Virus record (IMG/VR): IMGVR_UViG_2731957841_000003
Length of the DNA stretch: 29,158 nucleotides
Reading direction: 5' to 3' (one strand)
Origin: a virus
Lineage: Duplodnaviria; Heunggongvirae; Uroviricota; Caudoviricetes
Shown: positions 9,797 to 18,975 of the stretch, piece by piece
How the letters are laid out: every line of letters starts with the position of its first letter
How positions within the stretch are numbered: the stretch's first letter is position 1
Translations under genes and position numbers: made by a program
The notes under the pieces: model-generated
Database searches by the model: none
Seen by the model: only the letters and a program-made list of their open reading frames with translations
Told to the model about the DNA's origin: nothing

Positions 9797-10664
9797 TTGT
9801 CACCCCCATTGATATGCAGGGTGTCTTCTTCCTGTATTTTTCGTGAAGGATTTTTACTGCAGCGTTGTTCCAGGTGACCTGATGGTGAATGCGTTTATGG
9901 CTGGCACCCATCAGTGAAATTTTTACGCACGACGGCGCATACATGACGGAGTAAAAACTTTTAACGTAGGTTCCGGAATCCAGATACAGCTCGGTCATTC
10001 CGCCGCTGTTTTTCTGCGTCTGTTTCTGCCCTAACTGGACAGCACCGATCGTCATAAACAATTCACCACAGCGACCGAGATTCGTGTACGTATTCACATC
10101 CTCGTTAATGCGCCCCATGAATGAGAACGGTCGATCAACCGAACAGATAAAGCTGTTCATTGCCTTGCGTTTCACCCACGAAGCATGGCCGCCATTGTCA
10201 CCAAGAAAATCCCCGCCCTGCGACATAGCGATGGAAAGAGCAGGTATTGATTCGTAGTACGCCAGCATTTCAGAAAGGATCGCATCCAGTTTCCTTATCG
10301 GAAAATAGGCCTGGTCATAGTTGCGATCCACCCGAAACTGGAACTCGTGATAATCATCATCGAGCTGAATGAAGTATTTACACCCGACCAGTTTTGCCAG
10401 GTCGAAACAGGCATTACGGGCGTAAAAAATTGAGCGGCGGTCACAGAAATTATCGGCTTCGTCAAAACGACTGGCGATATCGGTTTTGGAAAACACCAGC
10501 ACCTGTTCACCAAATTCAGCCATGTACTGATGCCGTGTCTTATCTTCATCATCAACAACGATAAAAATTTTCCCGGTATAGCCAGCACGACGCAACGTCC
10601 GGTAAGTCAGAACTTTGTCTGGTCGCCCGTGAGTCAGAATAAAGGCGCAAAAATCATCACGCAT
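9732..10664 (-). CDS. Hypothetical protein, unknown function (possible GT-A-like fold: ...IFIVVDDED... and ...QLDDDY...)
   Basis: ORF listed as 317 aa; likely start is the ATG at 10664 (MRDDFCAF...) preceded by GGAGGAGGAGG, 2 nt after the ParB-like stop. No motif secure enough for a functional call. Confidence 0.5.
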   Translation of the reverse strand: MRDDFCAFILTHGRPDKVLTYRTLRRAGYTGKIFIVVDDEDKTRHQYMAEFGEQVLVFSKTDIASRFDEADNFCDRRSIFYARNACFDLAKLVGCKYFIQLDDDYHEFQFRVDRNYDQAYFPIRKLDAILSEMLAYYESIPALSIAMSQGGDFLGDNGGHASWVKRKAMNSFICSVDRPFSFMGRINEDVNTYTNLGRCGELFMTIGAVQLGQKQTQKNSGGMTELYLDSGTYVKSFYSVMYAPSCVKISLMGASHKRIHHQVTWNNAAVKILHEKYRKKTPCISMGVTNDSVFESRVSGSVPDDCTTNR

Positions 10665-11448
10665 ATTCCTCCTCCTCACCACCATGCATGATCTCCACCA
10701 TGCGCTGCGTCATCCGGACAAATCCATTTTCAATAGCCTGCTGATAATCAATGATCACCAGCGCCGACTCCTCGAAAAAACACTGAATTTCAGCGGGGGC
10801 GTGAGCGTAATAGTCCGCAATTCTGCTGAAATTAAACACCGTGTGACGTTCTGCCGCACACAGGAGGAATTTCTCAATATCAGGCTCAAGGGACGCCGAA
10901 CGTATCCGGCTGATCAGCTCCTGAGTTTTCGTATCGTCGTACAGTTCACTGATATCCGGTTTACCGCCCGACGGCTCATAAACAGGCGTATCAATTTTCG
11001 TCGTATACGGCTCCTCCTCATTTCCTGTACCGGGCAAAACATCCGTCAACAGTTCATCAATTTCTGTCGGGATGAAGCCTGTCAGGGAGACATCAAAATC
11101 AGCATTGATTAGGTCCGACAGCTCCATCCGCAACAGATCTTCATCCCAGCCAGCATTCATCGGCAGGCGATTATCTGCCAGGCGGTACGCCTTTTTCTGC
11201 TCATCCGTCAGGCCAGACAGAACAATGACCGGAACAGAATCCATTTTGAGCATTTCAGCCGCCATAACACGACCGTGACCCGCAATAATTTCGCCCTTTT
11301 CGTCAATCAGCACCGGATTAGTCCAGCCGAATTGCTTAATACTTTCTACCAGTTGTGCCACCTGCTCAGGGCTGTGCGTCCTGGCGTTGTGCGCATACGG
11401 TGACAATTCTTGTAATGGGCGATAGACTATCTTTAATTTCTCGCTCAT
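10657..11448 (-). CDS. ParB-like nuclease domain protein (ParB/Srx N-terminal domain)
   Basis: N-terminus ...LQELSPYAHNARTHSPEQVAQLVESIKQFGWTNPVLIDEKGEIIAGHGRVMAA... fits the ParB N-terminal domain signature; acidic C-terminus. Confidence 0.7.
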   Translation of the reverse strand: MSEKLKIVYRPLQELSPYAHNARTHSPEQVAQLVESIKQFGWTNPVLIDEKGEIIAGHGRVMAAEMLKMDSVPVIVLSGLTDEQKKAYRLADNRLPMNAGWDEDLLRMELSDLINADFDVSLTGFIPTEIDELLTDVLPGTGNEEEPYTTKIDTPVYEPSGGKPDISELYDDTKTQELISRIRSASLEPDIEKFLLCAAERHTVFNFSRIADYYAHAPAEIQCFFEESALVIIDYQQAIENGFVRMTQRMVEIMHGGEEEEYA

Positions 11449-11585
11449 ACAGCCTTGCTTTATGAATAAAACGCACCCCAGCAGCCAGTGCTACTGGGGG
11501 CGGAGGTGTTGCTGGTAAAGTTAGGTATTGGATCAATGAGTGAGTCAACATAATATTAAACTCACAATTATAAATCAGCCATATA

Positions 11586-13043
11586 TTAGGAGCGCCAAAA
11601 AAAACCTGAAAACAATATAATAACAGGATAAATTTCAAGGCGACCAAGAATCATAGCTATGCACATTAAATATTTTGCAATGTCATTAAGCACTCCGAAT
11701 GACGATGCAGTAGCCCCAAAACCTAATCCCATATTATTAATACATGCAGCCACTGTTGCAAATGATGTAAGAAAATCATATCCCATACCATTTAACACCA
11801 GTATAAAAAACACCGTAAAGAGAGTATAAAGAAAAAAGAAACTCCATACAGACCTCATTACACGATCTGTAACTATCTTCCCTCCTACATTTACACTCAA
11901 CAACGCTCTGGGATGAGAAAGCTGATTTATCTCGTGTTTGCTTTGTTTGAAAAGTATAAGAAATCGAAGTGACTTAATTCCACCACAAGTTGAACCTATA
12001 CATCCCCCAAAGAAACTTGACAACAGCAAAAACACTATCGTGTGCGTGGGCCAGCTTGCATAATCCTGCGTAGCTAAACCATTATCAGTGAGCATGGAGC
12101 TGGCAAGAAAAAACGAATGAATAAAACTTCCATGCAAGTCATACATACCTATATGCCAGACCTGGAAAGAGGTAACAATGATCACCCCTAAGGCTATTAA
12201 CAGAAAGAAACGAAGTTCAATATCTCTGATTAAAGGTTTTATCGTTTTCCTGCTAATAACAATATACCAAAGAGTGAAGTTGAAAGCCGATAGCAGGGAA
12301 AAAGAACCAGCCACCAGCTCAACCAAATAGTTATTAAAATATCCGATACTCTCGCTATGAGTTGAGAAACCACCAAGCGAAACTGTGGAAATCCCGTGAC
12401 AAATAGCATCAAACAAAGGCATTCCTGCAAGTCTATAACAGACAATACAAGCAATACCTAATAAAGAATAAGTTATCCACAGTGTCCGTGACGTATCGGC
12501 CAGGCGGGGAGTGAGTTTGTCATCCTTAAATGGCCCCGGCATTTCTGACTGATAAAGCTTTGCACCACCAATACCCAATAATGGCAATACAGCAACCGCC
12601 AGAACAATAACTCCTAAACCACCTATAAAATTTAACTGTGACCGATAGTACAAATATGCCCGAGGTAATGAACTAACATCATCAATTACAGTTGCTCCTG
12701 TTGTTGTTATTCCAGAAATCCCTTCAAACAGAGCATCAATGAACGTTAAATTAAGTTCTGAGTCAATCCATAAAGGGAATGCACTAATAACAGAAAACAA
12801 AATCCAAAACATTACAATTATAATAAACCCATCACGGGTACGTAATTGAATGCCAGATTTCTTAGTTGTATACCACGCTCCGCCACCAATACAAAAAAAT
12901 ATAACGAAAGTTATAAAGAAAACGAACAGGCTTTTTTCTTTATAAAACAATGCTACAACCATTGGTGGCAACATTGAAAGACTATAGAGCCAAACCAGGA
13001 ACCCACACATATGAGTAACAACTCTTACATGAGATGTATTCAT
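11586..13043 (-). CDS. trkG: Potassium uptake protein TrkG (Trk system membrane subunit), AT-rich prophage cargo
   Basis: 485 aa from MNTSHVRVVTHMCGFLVWLYSL...; polytopic hydrophobic protein; markedly AT-rich relative to flanking phage genes. K-12 Rac carries trkG (established). Confidence 0.9.
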   Translation of the reverse strand: MNTSHVRVVTHMCGFLVWLYSLSMLPPMVVALFYKEKSLFVFFITFVIFFCIGGGAWYTTKKSGIQLRTRDGFIIIVMFWILFSVISAFPLWIDSELNLTFIDALFEGISGITTTGATVIDDVSSLPRAYLYYRSQLNFIGGLGVIVLAVAVLPLLGIGGAKLYQSEMPGPFKDDKLTPRLADTSRTLWITYSLLGIACIVCYRLAGMPLFDAICHGISTVSLGGFSTHSESIGYFNNYLVELVAGSFSLLSAFNFTLWYIVISRKTIKPLIRDIELRFFLLIALGVIIVTSFQVWHIGMYDLHGSFIHSFFLASSMLTDNGLATQDYASWPTHTIVFLLLSSFFGGCIGSTCGGIKSLRFLILFKQSKHEINQLSHPRALLSVNVGGKIVTDRVMRSVWSFFFLYTLFTVFFILVLNGMGYDFLTSFATVAACINNMGLGFGATASSFGVLNDIAKYLMCIAMILGRLEIYPVIILFSGFFWRS

Positions 13044-13180
13044 ATCTAAATATTCTTTCAATTATAACCACCTTGCTGCAATATTATGATTATACTGTAT
13101 AAAATTTAACTCCTCTTAGATCTTACTTCACTGTTCCTTATGAAACAATCATCAAAATGAATCATATTGTAGTTAAGATT

Positions 13181-13645
13181 TTACTTTAAACACTGTTCGG
13201 TTATGTATTGCTGAGCACCTTCAAGTTGGGCCTGCATCATTACCAGTCGTTCCCGGAGGGTGAAATAATCCCGTTCAGCGGTGTCTGCCAGTCGGGGGGA
13301 GGCTGCATTATCCACGCCGGAGGCGGTGGTGGCTTCACGCACTGACTGACAGACTGCTTTGATGTGCAACCGACGACGACCAGCGGCAACATCATCACGC
13401 AGAGCATCATTTTCAGCTTTCGCATCAGCTAACTCCTTCGTGTATTTTGCATCGAGCGCAGCAACATCACGCTGACGCATCTGCATGTCAGTAATTGCCG
13501 CGTTCGCCAGCTTCAGTTCTCTGGCATTTTTGTCGCGCTGCTCTTTGTAGGCGGTGGCGTTATCACGGTAATGATTAACAGCCCATGACAGGCAGACGAT
13601 GATGCAGATAACCAGAGCATAAATAATCGCGGCGACTCTGCTCAC
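13181..13645 (-). CDS. Rz: Spanin inner-membrane subunit Rz (GTG start overlapping endolysin stop)
   Basis: (V/M)[29 protein letters not shown]... closely matches lambda Rz by recollection; GTGA start/stop overlap with the endolysin gene. Confidence 0.8.
   Translation of the reverse strand: MSRVAAIIYALVICIIVCLSWAVNHYRDNATAYKEQRDKNARELKLANAAITDMQMRQRDVAALDAKYTKELADAKAENDALRDDVAAGRRRLHIKAVCQSVREATTASGVDNAASPRLADTAERDYFTLRERLVMMQAQLEGAQQYITEQCLK
13240..13425 (-). CDS. Rz1: Spanin outer-membrane lipoprotein Rz1, embedded in the +1 frame of Rz
   Basis: 61-aa [27 protein letters not shown]...PPPPP...; lipobox LVVVGC and proline-rich region; entirely inside Rz. Confidence 0.8.
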   Translation of the reverse strand: MRKLKMMLCVMMLPLVVVGCTSKQSVSQCVKPPPPPAWIMQPPPDWQTPLNGIISPSGNDW

Positions 13646-14175
13646 TGATCTATCCCCCAACAGGCTAATGCGCTTTCCTGGTCACGACGAATAACCTGTC
13701 CATAGCAGTTATTTGAACGTATGCGGCAATCGCGCCCACCATCTTTTATCCACCAGCGAATCGCCTCGCATGCACCCTTACGATCACCGGCATTCAGCCG
13801 CTTATAAAACGTCGACGGGAAACACTTACCGGGGCCAATGTTATAGGGACAAAATGACGCTATACCCGCTTTCTGTGGTTCGGTCAGTGGTACTTTAATA
13901 TTGCGCTCCACCCATGCCAGCGCCTTATCACGTTCAATAGCGTTAACCTGGTCGCATTTTTCCTTCGACAGCCTCATTCCCGGTATGACGGGCTTACCAT
14001 CCACCATTGTGGCACCACGACAGATGGTCCATATACCGGAACCATCGCGGTATGCCGTTGTGTGGTTACCTTCTTTTTCATCCAGAAACTGGTCGAGAAT
14101 ATCAGGCGCAGGCGCACCGACGGCAATCAGTGCCAGAACGGCAGCCGACAGGCCGTATCTGATTTTTGCGTTCAT
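13642..14175 (-). CDS. R: SAR endolysin (GH24 T4-lysozyme-like with N-terminal signal-anchor-release segment)
   Basis: 177-aa ORF with N-terminal hydrophobic [16 protein letters not shown] followed by ...[22 protein letters not shown]... lysozyme motif; sits in the lysis cassette. Confidence 0.85.
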   Translation of the reverse strand: MNAKIRYGLSAAVLALIAVGAPAPDILDQFLDEKEGNHTTAYRDGSGIWTICRGATMVDGKPVIPGMRLSKEKCDQVNAIERDKALAWVERNIKVPLTEPQKAGIASFCPYNIGPGKCFPSTFYKRLNAGDRKGACEAIRWWIKDGGRDCRIRSNNCYGQVIRRDQESALACWGIDQ

Positions 14176-14280
14176 GGATATTTATCAGGATTTATCGGTT
14201 TCTGAACCCTGGATATGTTTATCTGTCCCGGCCTGTTGAATCAGGCAAGGAATAGTTAAATACAATAGAGAGGATTGTTT

Positions 14281-14553
14281 ATGGACAATAGCACCATTTC
14301 TCTACAGGAGTTGCTCGACTGCATTTCCAAGCTTCGGGATGATGTAAATGCCCTTACTGTCGCATTTTCATATCTGGCATTCTCAATTCCCAAGGAACAA
14401 ATGCAACCAACACTGGCATCGCTCCAGCTTGAATCACTCAACCCCAAATGGTCCCAGCAACAACAAAATTCTTTCAAGTGGCTGGCGGTATTACTGGAAG
14501 AAAAATATGCTGGTGAAATTACCATTTCGGCGGAGTCTTCAGTGAACCAGTAA
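14281..14553 (+). CDS. Hypothetical 90-aa protein on the opposite strand inside the lysis cassette
   Basis: ATG at 14281 preceded by AGAGAGG; protein-like helical composition; its 3' end overlaps the 3' end of the DUF1327-like gene by 35 nt (convergent). Confidence 0.4.
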   Translation: MDNSTISLQELLDCISKLRDDVNALTVAFSYLAFSIPKEQMQPTLASLQLESLNPKWSQQQQNSFKWLAVLLEEKYAGEITISAESSVNQ

Positions 14554-14863
14554 TTCTTCCCGGCAGTTTTCCTTTGTAGGTTATCCACACACCCTGCGCC
14601 TCTAAAATTATGGGGCGCTTTTCCGGTGACTGCTCATCCCCTTCACATAACCCGGCAGCAACATCCAGGAAGACCTGTCTGATGCTCCTTCTGGCTGCTG
14701 CCTCATAAAACTCCAGCGCGGCACCTTCAACACGGTCCAGCGAGATGTCCAGGTCTAAAATTTCACCGTCAAAGCGTTTTTTGTCCCGTAACGCTAAAGT
14801 TACCGTAACTTTATTCTCAAAATTGCGGATCCCTTTCACAATCAGTTCATAGTTTTGAGTCAT
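14519..14863 (-). CDS. DUF1327-family lysis-cassette protein (YdfR-like)
   Basis: 114-aa ORF directly downstream of the holin (MTQNYELIVKGIRNFENKVTVTLALRDKKRFDGEI...); position and N-terminal sequence resemble YdfR-type proteins (recollection). Confidence 0.6.
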   Translation of the reverse strand: MTQNYELIVKGIRNFENKVTVTLALRDKKRFDGEILDLDISLDRVEGAALEFYEAAARRSIRQVFLDVAAGLCEGDEQSPEKRPIILEAQGVWITYKGKLPGRITGSLKTPPKW

Positions 14864-14867
14864 TGAA

Positions 14868-15083
14868 TTACTCTCCCCGTGCAGCCTTACGCTTATCTTC
14901 TTTAATCTTGAAATAAAGATTTGTCAGATACGTCAACAGGCCAAACACCAGACTACCCAGCACACCTATTGCTGCCCACTGTGAGGGCGTGACTCTATCG
15001 AGCAACTGTAAAAACCAGTAGCCAGCACTGCCTGCGGAGGTGCCATAGGCGACACCTGTTGTTAACTTATCCATGGATTTCAT
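14868..15083 (-). CDS. S: Pinholin (phage 21 S21-like class II holin) with dual-start motif MKSM
   Basis: [71 protein letters not shown], 71 aa; strong SD GAGGTGGGGG upstream; paired with a SAR endolysin. Confidence 0.85.
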   Translation of the reverse strand: MKSMDKLTTGVAYGTSAGSAGYWFLQLLDRVTPSQWAAIGVLGSLVFGLLTYLTNLYFKIKEDKRKAARGE

Positions 15084-15422
15084 AACCCCCACCTCGCAGA
15101 TGCGGGCGCTGTGTAATGGAAACAAAAAATGGCCACCAGCGGCCCGTAAAAAACACCCCGTCAAAAGCACCGGCATCCGCAGATGCCCTTTGCGTGGCGT
15201 TATTTGATGCGCGCCAGGTGTGGCGCAAAGAAATGAAATAAGACTTATCGAAAATTAAGGTTAATTTGATGATTTAAACCACTTCTGAAGCTTAGTAGTA
15301 TGAACATGTCCCCAGAAGGGGCCAATACTTATTATTCTTCATGGACTTTGTCCCGCGGTCTTAATCCGACGACCGCGCTACTTTTCACCCTCTCGCAAAT
15401 TGCTATCTAAAGGACGTTGTCC

Positions 15423-15455
15423 CACGAGTATTCCTGTATGCTCGTGTCTTTTTTT
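15423..15455 (+). terminator. Rho-independent terminator, plus strand
   Basis: 8-bp stem cacgagta/tatgctcgtg with 8-nt loop followed by TCTTTTTTTG. Confidence 0.6.
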
Positions 15456-15471
15456 GTCCTGAGAAAGGAAT

Positions 15472-15496
15472 AAAAAAAACCGCCAGATATGGCGGT
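15472..15496 (-). terminator. Rho-independent terminator, minus strand, downstream of the tRNA pair
   Basis: 7-bp stem accgcca/tggcggt with 4-nt loop; on the minus strand it is followed by a run of 7-8 U (plus-strand A-run 15472..15478). Confidence 0.6.
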
Positions 15497-15859
15497 TGGT
15501 CAATGCAAGGGATGAATTTTTTAATTGTTATTAAACCGAGGCGTCGGGTGCCTCCCGAAGTATTCCGTGCTGCATGGATACTGTGGTTTCCCGCTAAACC
15601 GACTCTTTAAACCACCCTCGCACTGAGGAGCGCCTCTGTGGTGCTTTTACAACACCAAAATGATGCATCACCGACCCTGCCAGGAAATACAAAATCTCCA
15701 CCGATAATGCACCATTCTGCTGCCGTAAAAAATTAGCACTGAGGCTACACCCGGCCTCAAATCATAGCCAGAGAACAGAATGCTTTTTCAAAACAACCTG
15801 CTCCCACGTAATAAAAAAATACGCCAGTGCCGTAATACAATAAGGCTTGTTTTAAATGC

Positions 15860-15934
<75 letters not shown>

Positions 15935-15937
15935 ATA

Positions 15938-16013
<76 letters not shown>

Positions 16014-16248
16014 ATTGGTTCTTCAGGGGAGCGATATCACCGAGCAAAGAAGAGTTCCCCCTCAGAACCGTTTTCGATGATACGATTTAATATTCCAATC
16101 GCAACAACACTTTGCGTCAAGCTATGTAAATTTATTTATGTATTTTTATTTTATGTGAACATTTCACCTTCACTTAAAATATACGCGACAATATATAAAC
16201 AAATTTATTTTGAAGGCAATATTAAATGTCGTTTCTTATATCACACCA

Positions 16249-16280
16249 CAATAACAACAAAACCCGCTTGATGGCGGGTT
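16249..16280 (-). terminator. Candidate tR'-like terminator about 90 nt downstream of the Q stop
   Basis: 7-bp stem aacccgc/gcgggtt with 6-nt loop; minus-strand downstream sequence is U-rich (UUUGUUGUUAUU). Confidence 0.4.
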
Positions 16281-16365
16281 CTATTAAAGTTTAATTGCGC
16301 TTGATTCGCCTCGCGATACAGCTTTGCGAAGCGTAGCAAAATTGAAGCAGTTTACGCGTAAAAAA

Positions 16366-16908
16366 TCAAGCCGTTTTTTGAGCGAATGATTCTCGCATGG
16401 GAATGTATAGCGCATACTCAGCAACGGCCAACCAATTAGCAATTCGCTTTTCGCATGTGCTAAAACACCACTCTGGGTGTGCATCATTTAGCAATTCAGC
16501 CATTTTGCGTTTGGTCATCCCCCGCCCCTCATACCGTTGCCGAAGGACGCTAATCAATCCTGGATGCTCTGCCAGCACCTCACTTATGACCCGATCAATA
16601 CATAACGCCTCTGCATCAGTACAATGCGCCAGCCAGCTCTTTTGCTTACCGTTAATCATATCCCGCAAAAAAGCCTCAAGTTCAGACTTGTTCAGACCTG
16701 CTTTTTTCATCCTCCGGAGCGCCTCGTTAATTGCCGTTTTTGTCAGCTTTTTAGAGGCCAACAACTGGTTGAACATATTCCCCGTCTTACCGCCGCCAAT
16801 ATACGACCAGCGCCCCCACATGCGCAGTTTTCCCTGAATCCAGACACTTTCCAGCGTGGTGAGACGAAGGTGTTCCCCGCTTTTGCCTGTATTTGTTGGG
16901 TAAATCAT
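16366..16908 (-). CDS. Late-gene antiterminator Q-like protein
   Basis: 180 aa from MIYPTNTGKSGEHLRLTTLESVWIQGKLRMWGRW...; ATGA overlap with the upstream DUF1364 gene; lies immediately upstream of terminator, tRNAs and lysis genes (classic Q position). Family assignment by context and partial motif recollection. Confidence 0.6.
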   Translation of the reverse strand: MIYPTNTGKSGEHLRLTTLESVWIQGKLRMWGRWSYIGGGKTGNMFNQLLASKKLTKTAINEALRRMKKAGLNKSELEAFLRDMINGKQKSWLAHCTDAEALCIDRVISEVLAEHPGLISVLRQRYEGRGMTKRKMAELLNDAHPEWCFSTCEKRIANWLAVAEYALYIPMRESFAQKTA

Positions 16909-17195
16909 AAATAACCTTCCTTTCTCCAGATTTCTTGCGTGCGAAAAACACCTTCTGCATGCATCAGGCGTAAATCTTCTTTGGTGTAATCGCTTGTTTT
17001 TACCCGCCCGTCGATTAAATCGTGGCATGAGCTACAGGCAATCGCCGCCTGCATATCGTGTGGTTTTGTCGCTGTTCCGCACGTTCCCGCCAGTCGGTAA
17101 TGCGCCAGCACAGACGTTTCCGGATCGTGATTGCTGTAGCCAAGAATTCTGACGGTGCACATCCGCCCCCGCGCCGCTTTACGTAAATCCACCAT
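16905..17195 (-). CDS. DUF1364-family protein (YbcO-like, Cys-rich putative nuclease)
   Basis: 96 aa with conserved Cys/His pattern (C...C...CSSCHD); translationally coupled to flanking genes (TAATG and ATGA overlaps); DLP12 ybcO occupies the equivalent position upstream of Q (recollection). Confidence 0.55.
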   Translation of the reverse strand: MVDLRKAARGRMCTVRILGYSNHDPETSVLAHYRLAGTCGTATKPHDMQAAIACSSCHDLIDGRVKTSDYTKEDLRLMHAEGVFRTQEIWRKEGYL

Positions 17196-17794
17196 TACGC
17201 AAACTCCAGCAGCTGCGCGGCCACATTTTCGACTTGTTCCGGAGAGGAAAATTTACGGAACAGAATCCAGTTCCACAGCACATTCAGAACAGATTTATAA
17301 ACCTGCTGAAACTCGGTTTCGTCCATATTCGCAAAAGCGATAGATTTTGCCCGACGCCCGCGGCTACCGTCCGGATAAAAATGTTCGGTGTAAAATCCAG
17401 CCTGAATGGTTACCCACTCGCGAAAAGCCTCAAACGACTTTAGCAATGCCGTATCCCGGGTTCTGCGTGTCGCAACTGTATTCAGATATTGCTCTGCGGC
17501 ATCACTCAGGGCTGGCGTGTGTTCCCGACCAACTGATTCGCACAAGTAATCCACGAAACCAGACAGCAGTTCTCGTTCGCGAGGTGTGATCGCCCCACCG
17601 ACCGGAGTCCAGTAATCGAATCCCAGTTGCAGGAGTTTGAAAAAACGCTTGTGGAATGCGTAGTTACGCACACGCTTAAAGTCTGCGTGTATCCACTCAC
17701 CTATTTTGATTTGATGCAGAAAATCGCAACTCTCCGGCGTCGCCGGGAGAAGTAAACCAGAAGAGGTTTGTTTGACCAGTTGTATATGCGCCAT
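17195..17794 (-). CDS. DUF1367-family lambdoid phage protein (YbcN/YdfU-like)
   Basis: 199-aa ORF; position upstream of DUF1364 and Q as in DLP12/Qin (recollection). Confidence 0.55.
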   Translation of the reverse strand: MAHIQLVKQTSSGLLLPATPESCDFLHQIKIGEWIHADFKRVRNYAFHKRFFKLLQLGFDYWTPVGGAITPRERELLSGFVDYLCESVGREHTPALSDAAEQYLNTVATRRTRDTALLKSFEAFREWVTIQAGFYTEHFYPDGSRGRRAKSIAFANMDETEFQQVYKSVLNVLWNWILFRKFSSPEQVENVAAQLLEFA

Positions 17795-18074
17795 TTCTCA
17801 ATCTCTCGATGGCGCAGCGCAGCAGATGCCAGTTGTTCAGGCTGACGAATAAAGTATAAATAAACTGGCTATGGTGTAAAGCCCCACATAGCATGAACAA
17901 ACACTACATATCAAATAGCTGGTACAAGGATAGAAATACGACACTTATTATTAAAAACGATTAGATAAATTACATTTTAATGTTATGCAAAAGTTCTTTT
18001 TTATCATAACATTTCAATAAAAGCATTACAGATGCAATCATCCCGTCATCATCAATTATTTAAGGTGGTTAAAC

Positions 18075-18161
18075 ATGGAAAATAACAAGTTCGCACATCT
18101 CGCTCCTTTTTTATCCGTAATCCTTTTCGCTTGTTGTTTTATATGGGCATTATTTTTATAA
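18075..18161 (+). CDS. 28-aa hydrophobic peptide (MENNKFAHLAPFLSVILFACCFIWALFL): possible small membrane protein or type I toxin-like peptide
   Basis: ATG preceded by AAGGTGG at 6-nt spacing; single predicted transmembrane helix; sits in an AT-rich intergenic stretch. Confidence 0.4.
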   Translation: MENNKFAHLAPFLSVILFACCFIWALFL

Positions 18162-18552
18162 AGTAGCCACATGATAAGTTGCTGGAATCATATTTCCCAC
18201 TCAAGTCATTAACATTTGATAAGATATATCTAAAAGGACGCCTTTACATTATTTATGCGTATATAATTTATTTATATACACAGTAAAGGTATCCTGGGAA
18301 AATATTTATCGTTAAAAAATACATCATAAATAATTAAGCTGAAATTTCAGAACACAACTAATACACACAATAAGGTTCAGTAACAGTAATCTATGTGGAC
18401 TACATCGAGATTTTTTGATTAAACTTTAATAACTTATTCCTAACACACAGAATGCATAAACTAAAAGTAAAACAAATAGTTATACGAAAAACAACCATAT
18501 TTATTCTATCTTCTCCTCTAATCAACATATCAATTATGTGTTTCATAACAGC

Positions 18553-18592
18553 TTGACATAACCCTCCAAAAGATGCATTTTTAATGCATGTT
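18553..18592 (+). promoter_or_regulatory. Putative promoter (-35 TTGACA at 18553..18558) with overlapping NsrR-type operator AAGATGCATTT-T-TAATGCATGTT (18570..18592)
   Basis: Perfect -35 hexamer; 11-1-11 inverted repeat with ATGCAT cores matching the NsrR consensus as I recall it; about 15 nt upstream of the SD of the yeaR-like gene. Confidence 0.55.
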
Positions 18593-18607
18593 TTGGAGGA
18601 GGTGGTT

Positions 18608-18946
18608 ATGACACACAAGAGAATTCCTAAAGATTGGGTAATCAAACGCTCAACTCCGTTCTTCACAAAAGAGAACGTACCTTCAGCGTTATTAACACAT
18701 CATAATACAGCAGCAGGTGTTTTTGGGCAGTTGTGCGTAATGGAAGGCACTGTAACATATTATGGTTTTACTGATGAGAATGCTACTGAACCGGAGATAA
18801 AAGTAGTCATTAATGCTGGCGCTTTTGCAACAAGCCCACCACAATACTGGCACCGTGTTGAACTAAGCGATGATGCTCAGTTTAATATTAACTTTTGGGT
18901 CGCTCCAGACTTCTCGGGCGAAAAAGTCTATAGCACCAAAAAATAG
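18608..18946 (+). CDS. YeaR-like DUF1971 protein (TehB-related)
   Basis: 112 aa from MTHKRIPKDWVIKRSTPFFTKENVPSALLTHH...; strong SD GGAGGAGGTGG; similar to E. coli YeaR as I recall it (...RSTPFWNKQTAPAG...); opposite strand to flanking phage genes. Confidence 0.7.
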   Translation: MTHKRIPKDWVIKRSTPFFTKENVPSALLTHHNTAAGVFGQLCVMEGTVTYYGFTDENATEPEIKVVINAGAFATSPPQYWHRVELSDDAQFNINFWVAPDFSGEKVYSTKK

Positions 18947-18975
18947 ATGATCATATTAAAAATGCTTTAACAGTC

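Noticed and set aside
16077-16271. 64-aa plus-strand ORF between the tRNAs and Q
   Set aside because: Lies in an AT-rich leader/terminator region, is isoleucine/tyrosine-rich and has no RBS; the region is better explained as promoter, terminator and tRNA leader.
18400-18666. 88-aa minus-strand ORF overlapping the yeaR-like promoter
   Set aside because: Antisense to the promoter and start of the yeaR-like gene, AT-rich, no RBS.
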